This document shows positions 57,248 through 64,000 of a stretch of 64,000 bases of DNA, in pieces. Below the pieces are notes generated by a model. It did no database searches, was not told where the DNA came from, and saw nothing but the letters and a program-made list of their open reading frames with translations. Source of the DNA: the human T2T-CHM13v2.0 reference genome, Homo sapiens; the NCBI RefSeq assembly GCF_009914755.1, contig NC_060947.1; one strand, given 5' to 3'. Made by a program: the position numbers and the translations under genes. The first letter of the stretch is position 1; every line of letters begins with the position of its first letter.

Positions 57248-58098
57248 AAAAATTAGCAGATATCCAAGGCTTATCAGACATTTGTGGAACACTTCCAACA
57301 TGAAAGATAGAATCCAAAGCAAACAAACACAAAGACTCAGGGAAAGCAGGAACTATTCATGAAGGACAAAACACATGCTACAACATGGATGAACTTTGAA
57401 AACATTATGCTAAGTTAAAAGAAGCAGACACAAAAGGCCACATATGTTATGCTTCTATTGACATTAAATGTCCACAATAGGCAAATCCATAATGATAGAA
57501 AGTAGATTAGTGGTAGATACAGAATTGACTGCCCTACATCTTTTCTTTTTGAAACCTTCCATTGCCTTACGGGGGAGAAAAATCCATCATCACACAACTC
57601 TGCTTCCCCTACCTCAAGAGTGTTCACTTGCCCCAGGTTGATCAATATATACCATCCTCCTGATCATGCTGGTTGTTTCCTAACATTGTACAAATAAAGC
57701 CAAGCCTGGATCTTTTTCAGGATTGATATAGACATTGGTTATAAAAGTGCCTCTTCTAAGACTGAAAGCACCAGGGACGATGTAAGCCTGGAGTTGTCAG
57801 AAGCTGCCTTTGCAGCCTAGTGTGAGAGGACTGCTTAAGAATGAAGCCAACACTAAGGTAAATAGAGCAAAGAGATGGAAAGAGAAAAACAGAATTGAAA
57901 TGATATTATTTGAATGCCTGGAACTAGCTTCACCTTTGGCCATGAAAGATTATGTGAGCCATCAGATTCATCAGATTCTCTCTTTTTTTTTTTTTTGCTT
58001 AAGTTCATTTGAGATAAGTTTTTGTCAAAATCAAGAGTCCTGACTAATCCAATAATTCATTGCATTGGTATTTCACAGCAGAATAACTATATGAGAAG

Positions 58099-58279
58099 TG
58101 ATATGGTCTTGCTTCGTGTCCCCACCCAAATTTCATGTTGAATTGTAATTCCCACTGTTGGGGGAGGGACCTCGTGGGAGGTGATTGAATCATGGGGGCA
58201 GATTTCCCCCTTGTTGTTCTCATGCATGATAGTGAGTGAGTTCTCATGAGATCTTAATCTGGTTGTTTAGCACTTCCCC

Positions 58280-58318
<39 letters not shown>

Positions 58319-58505
58319 GCTCTGCCATGGCAAGACATGTTTGCTTCCCCTTCACCTTCTGCCATGATTGTTAAGTTTCCTGAGGTTTCCCCAGCCATGC
58401 TTTCTGTACAGCCTGTGGAACTGTGAGCCAGTTAAACCTCTTCTCTTTATCAGTTACCCATTATCAGGTAGTTCTTTATAACAATGTGAGAACAGACTAA
58501 CAAAA
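58099..58505 (+). mobile_element. MST-type MaLR solo LTR with internal (CT)n
   Basis: 'tgatatggtcttgcttcgtgtccccacccaaatttcatgttgaattgtaa'...'gtgagaacagactaa'. Confidence 0.85.
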
Positions 58506-60033
58506 GCAGTCATCACCAGAATATGCTACTTTTGTCAGTTTCACAAAGGTGGATTCCAATAGTAGCAAGGATTCTTTAGACAGTCAAAAAATTTCAGTTA
58601 TAAAAGTTTCTGCCCCCTGGATTTACGCATACTTCAATGAGATTTTTTAATGGAATAGGGATCCTATTCGGCAATCAAATAATATTGTATCCGTAATTCA
58701 GCATTAGCAATATGTGTCCAAAATGTTAATTTTTAAAAAGCAGGGCTATTTTCAAAAATGGCATATGTCTTAAATTTGAGCTATAAGATACATGATACAG
58801 TTGAAGACATGATAAAAGGAGTTTATAATTCTAACCTAAATTTCACAAATAGGGAGCAAGATGGCGCCATAGAAGGCTCCACCAATCAAACTCTCTTCAA
58901 GAACACCAAGTAAACAACTATTCACACAGAAATAATACCTTCATAAGAATCAAATATCAGGTGCACACTCATGAGTACTTGGCTTTAACTTCATATAACT
59001 GATAAAGGCACTGAAGAGATAGAAAAGCAGCCTGGAATTGCCAACACTGCCCCCAACCCTGCAGCAGCAGCATGGGGTGGGGAGTATCTCTGGGTGCTAG
59101 GAGAGGGAGAGCACAGCAATTATGAGGCACTGAACTCAGCATTGTCCTGTTAGAGCAGAAAAGAAAACCAGACCAAATTCAGCTGATGACTGCCCAAAGA
59201 GGGAGCATTTAAACCATCCCTAGCCAAAGGAGAATTGCTGATCCCAGTGGTCTGAACTTGAGTTCCTGCAAACTTCGCACAGAGGGCAACTGCGCTCTAG
59301 GTCTCCATGAAAACTTGAAAGGCCACCAAGGCCATAAATATTGCAACACTTAGGCGAGTCCTAGGGATGAAATGTGTCCAGAGACAGTAGACTGGGGAAG
59401 GTGCACACGACCTACCAAGACACCAGCCAGGGCAGCTAAAAGAGTGCTGGCATCACCCCTCCCCTAACCACAGGCTGCACAGCTCTCAGACACAAAAGAG
59501 ACCTCTTCCTTCTGCTTGAGGAGAGGAGAGAGAAGAGTGGGGAGAACTATGCCTTGCATCTTGGATACCAACACAGTCACAGCAGGATAGGGCACTGGAC
59601 AAAGTCATGAAGCCCCTTTTCTAGGCCCTAGCTCCCAGATGATATTTCTAGATATGTCCTGGGCCAGAAGAAACCAGATGCCTTGAAGGGAAAAACCCAG
59701 CCCTGGCAGCAGTCATCACTTGGTAACTGAAGGGCCCTTGGGCCCTGAACAACCAGCAGCAACACCAGGTATTACACCAAGGGCCTTGGGTGAGATTCTG
59801 AAATTTGCTGGCTTCAGGTGAGACTCAGCACATTACCAGATGTGGTGGCTATGGCATGAAACTCCTTCTGCTTGAGAAAAGCAGAGGGAAGAGTAAAGGG
59901 GACTTTGTCTTGCACCTTCGTTACCAGCACGGCCACAGGGGAATAGAGCACCAAGTGGGCTCTTAGGGTCCTTGTATTCAGGACTTCACTCTTGGATGGC
60001 ATCTCTGGACCTGTCCTGGGCCAGAGGTAAAAC

Positions 60034-60150
60034 CACTGCCTTGAACAGTGAGTCCCAGGTCATGCAACATTCACTGCCCTGAAGAGTGAGTCCCAGGTCA
60101 TGCAACATTCACCGCCCTGAATAGTGAGTCCCAGGTCATGCAACATTCAC
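60034..60150 (+). repeat. 38-bp tandem triplication inside an L1 5'UTR
   Basis: Unit cactgccttgaacagtgagtcccaggtcatgcaacatt at 60034, 60072 and 60110. Confidence 0.9.
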
Positions 60151-61544
60151 CACAAGCTTGGGCCTTAAGGGAATATCAGCAGTAGTCTGGCAAAACTCCC
60201 CATGACCTATGGTGGTGCCTATGGGGTGAGGCTTCTCTGCCTCTGGAAAGAGGAGGGAATAGTGGGAAGGACTACATCTTGTCGTTTGAGTGCCAGCTCA
60301 GACACAGTACAATGGAGCACCAGGTAGAATTCTAAGGTTTTTGACTCTAGTCTTTGTCTCCTAGACAGCACCTCTGGAACCACTCAGGGCCTGGGGGAAC
60401 TTGCTGCCCTGAATGGAAGTTCACAGATGTAGCCGACTTTTTCATCAGCTGATTGTAGAACTGCAGGGCCTTGAGCAAAAATAGGCAGTAGCCAGGGAGT
60501 GCTTACAGCAGGCCTTTGGTGAGACCCAGTGCTGTGCTGGCTTCAGGCCTGATCCAGCATAGTCATAGTGGTGGTACCCACAGGGGTGCTTGTAGCACTC
60601 CACCCCCAGCTTCAAGTGGCTCAGAACAGAGAGAGAGACTCTGTTTGGGAGAAAGTAAGGGAAGAGAACAGGAGGCTCTGCTGGGTAATTCAGAGAATTC
60701 TCTTGGATCTTGTCTAAGACCATTAAGGTGGTATCTCTACAAGTCTGAAACAACCACAGCATTACTGGGTTTGGGGTGCCCCCTAAAGTAGATACTGCTT
60801 AGATCACAACACCCAAGTTCTTTCAAATATCTGGAAAGACTTCTCAAGAAGGACAGGTACAAATAAGCCCAGACAGCAAAGACTACAATAAATACCTAAT
60901 TCTTTAATGCCCAGACACCGAAGAACATCTACTAGCATCAGCACCAAAAAGGGAAACATAACCTCAACAAATGAACTAAACAAGGCACGAGGGACTAATC
61001 ATGGAGAAACAGAGATATGTGACCTTTCAGATGAAGAATTCAGAATAGGTCTCTTGAGGAAACTAAAATAAATTCAAGATAACACGGAGAAGAAATTCAG
61101 AATTCCATTAGATAAATTTAACAAAGAGATTGACATAATTTAAAAGAATAAAGCAGAAATTCTGGAGATGAATAATGCAATGGATACAGTCTTTGAAAAG
61201 CAGAGTTGATGAAACAGAATAAAGAATTAATGACCATGAGGACAGGCTATTTGAAAATACACAATAAGACCAGACAAAAGAAAAAGGAATGAAAAACAAT
61301 GAAGCAAATAGCCTTAAAAGGGCAAATCTAACAGTTATTTGCCTTTAAAAGGAGGTATAGAAAGAGATAGGTGTAGAAACGTTATTCAAAGAGTAATAAC
61401 CGAGAACTTTCCAAACATAAAGAAATACATCAATCTCCAAATACAAGAAAGTTATAGAACACCAAGTAGATTTAACCCAAAGAAAACTATCTCGAAGCAT
61501 TTAATAATCAAACTCCCAAAGATCAGAGATAAAGAAAAGATCCA

Positions 61545-61975
<431 letters not shown>

Positions 61976-64000
61976 TTACCTTAGAATAGTACATTCAGCA
62001 AAAAAATATTCTTCAAACCTGAAAGAGAAATAAAGATTTTCCCAGACAAACAAACCCTGAGGGACTTAGAGGGACTTAATCAACACCAGACCTATTTTAC
62101 AATAAATGCTAGAGGGAGTACTTCAATCAGAAATAAAAGGATATTAATACACAATAAGAAATTATCTGAAGTATAAAACTTCCTGGTAATAGTAAGTACA
62201 CAGAAAAACATAAAATATTACAGCACTGTAACTATGGGGTGTAAACTACTCTTATCCTAAGTAGAAAGATTATGTGATGTCCCAATTAAAAATAATAACT
62301 ACAAGTTTTCAAAACATAGTACAAGAAGATGTAAATGGAAACAAAAGAAAAGTGTAAAGAAAAGGGGGACAAAGTTAAGACACAGAGTTTTTATTAGTTG
62401 TTTTTTTGCTTGTTTGTTTATGCAAATAGTGTTATGTTGTTATCAGGTTAAAATAGTGGCTTATAAGATAGTATTTGCAAGCCTCATGCTAACCTCAAGC
62501 CAAAAATCATACAATGGAAGTAAGGAAAATAAAAAGCAAGAAACTAAGTCATATCACCAGAGAAAATCACCTTCACTAGAGGAAGACATGAAGGAAAGAA
62601 AGAAGAAAGAGAAGACTACAAAGCAACCAGAAAACAAATGATGAAATAGCAGGATTATGTCCTTATTTACTAATTGTAACATCTAATGTAAATGGACTAA
62701 ACTCTCCAATCAAAAGACAGACTGGCTGAATGGATGAAAAAAACAAGACCCATTGATCTGTTGCCTACAAGTAACATATTTCACCTATAAAGACACATAT
62801 AGACTGAAAATAAAGGATGGAAAAAGATATTCCATGCCAATGGAAACCAAAAAGGAGCAGGAGTACCTATATTATATCAGACAAAATAGATTTCAAGATT
62901 TTAATACAAAAAGTGTAAGAAGAGACAAAGAAGGTCACTATATAATGATAAAGGGGTCAATTCAACAAGAGGATATAACAATAATAAGTATACATGCACC
63001 CAACACTGGAGCACCCTGATATATAAAGGAAATATTATTAGAGCTAAAGAGAGAGAGATGGACCCCTATGCAATAATAGATTGCAACTTCAACACTCCAC
63101 TTTCAACATTGGACTAATCTTCCAGACAGAAAATCAACAAAGAAACATTGGACTTAATCTGACCTATAGAATAAATGGATCTAATAGATATTTACAGAAC
63201 ATTTCACCCAAGAGCTGCAGAATGCACACTCTTCTCCTCAGCACATAGATCATTCTCAAGGATAGAATATATGTTAGGTCACAAAACAAGTCTTAAAACA
63301 TTCAAAATAATTGAAATAATATCAGGCATCTTTAGGCATCTTTTCTGACCACAATGGAATAAAACTAGAAATTAATAGGAATTTAGGAAACTATACAAAT
63401 ACGTGGAAATTAAACAATATGCTCCTGAATGACCAGTGGGTCAATGAAGAAATTAAGAAGGAAATTGAAAAATTTCTTGAAAGAAACGGTACTGGAAACA
63501 TGACATACAAAAACCTACGGGATATACCAAAAGCAGTACTAAAAGGGAAGTTTTCACTATAACTGCCCACATCAAAAAAAGAGGAAGACGTTCAAATAAA
63601 CAATCTAATGATACATCTTAAAGAACTAGAAAAGCAAGATCAAACCAAACCCAAAATTAGTAGAAGAAAAGAAATAATCAAGATCAGAGCAAAAATACAT
63701 GAATTTGAAATGAAGAAAACAATAAAAGAGATCAATGAAACAAAAAGATGGTTTTTGAAAAGTTAAAAAAAAATTGACAGACCTTTAACAAGACTAACTG
63801 AAAAAAAAAGAGAGAGGCTCAAATAAATAGAAACAGAGATGAAAAAGGAGACATGAAAACTGATACTGCTGAAATTCAAAGGATCATTAGTGGCTACTAT
63901 GAGCAAATATATGCCAATAAACTGGAAAATATAGGAGAAATAGACAAATATCTAGACACATACAACCTACCAAGATTGACTCCTGAAGAAATCCAAGACC

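Larger units (their letters stand above)
55600..57360 (+). mobile_element. Ancient L1M/HAL1-like 5' region, interrupted by an MLT1 LTR and a young L1
   Basis: Colinear similarity to 18460-18695 joined with 24992-25790. Confidence 0.5.

Overview
This is primate (human-like) genomic DNA that is AT-rich and dominated by repeats. No intact protein-coding gene can be supported, and nearly all long ORFs in the track are LINE-1 remnants or repeat-derived noise. Well-supported features are: a full-length decayed L1PA7-like element with TSDs (11769-18270); a U6 snRNA/L1 chimera (19990-24991) carrying an LTR12 insertion and a minisatellite at an internal deletion; two twin-primed 5'-inverted L1s; older L1M, L2, MIR, MaLR, ERV1, Alu and DNA-transposon copies; and an intronless, decayed 3' retrocopy of CDK16 (PCTAIRE-1) on the minus strand (5238-5682) that the ORF track misses. 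Five structures stand out. (1) The U6/L1 chimera and ~1.3 kb of older upstream flank sit inside one 6.3-kb TSD-bounded composite insertion, suggesting the chimera was copied here from another locus. (2) Two oppositely oriented L1s ~20 kb apart, apparently of different subfamilies, share a 127-bp identical tract and apparently non-consensus substitutions, suggesting ectopic gene conversion and an inversion substrate. (3) A 181-bp hairpin has a perfect 38-bp outer stem. (4) An old ~400-bp segment is duplicated in inverted orientation 27 kb away. (5) A speculative set of phase-compatible minus-strand exons encodes a Cys-rich hydrophobic peptide. Repeat family names and consensus comparisons are from memory, not from a database search.
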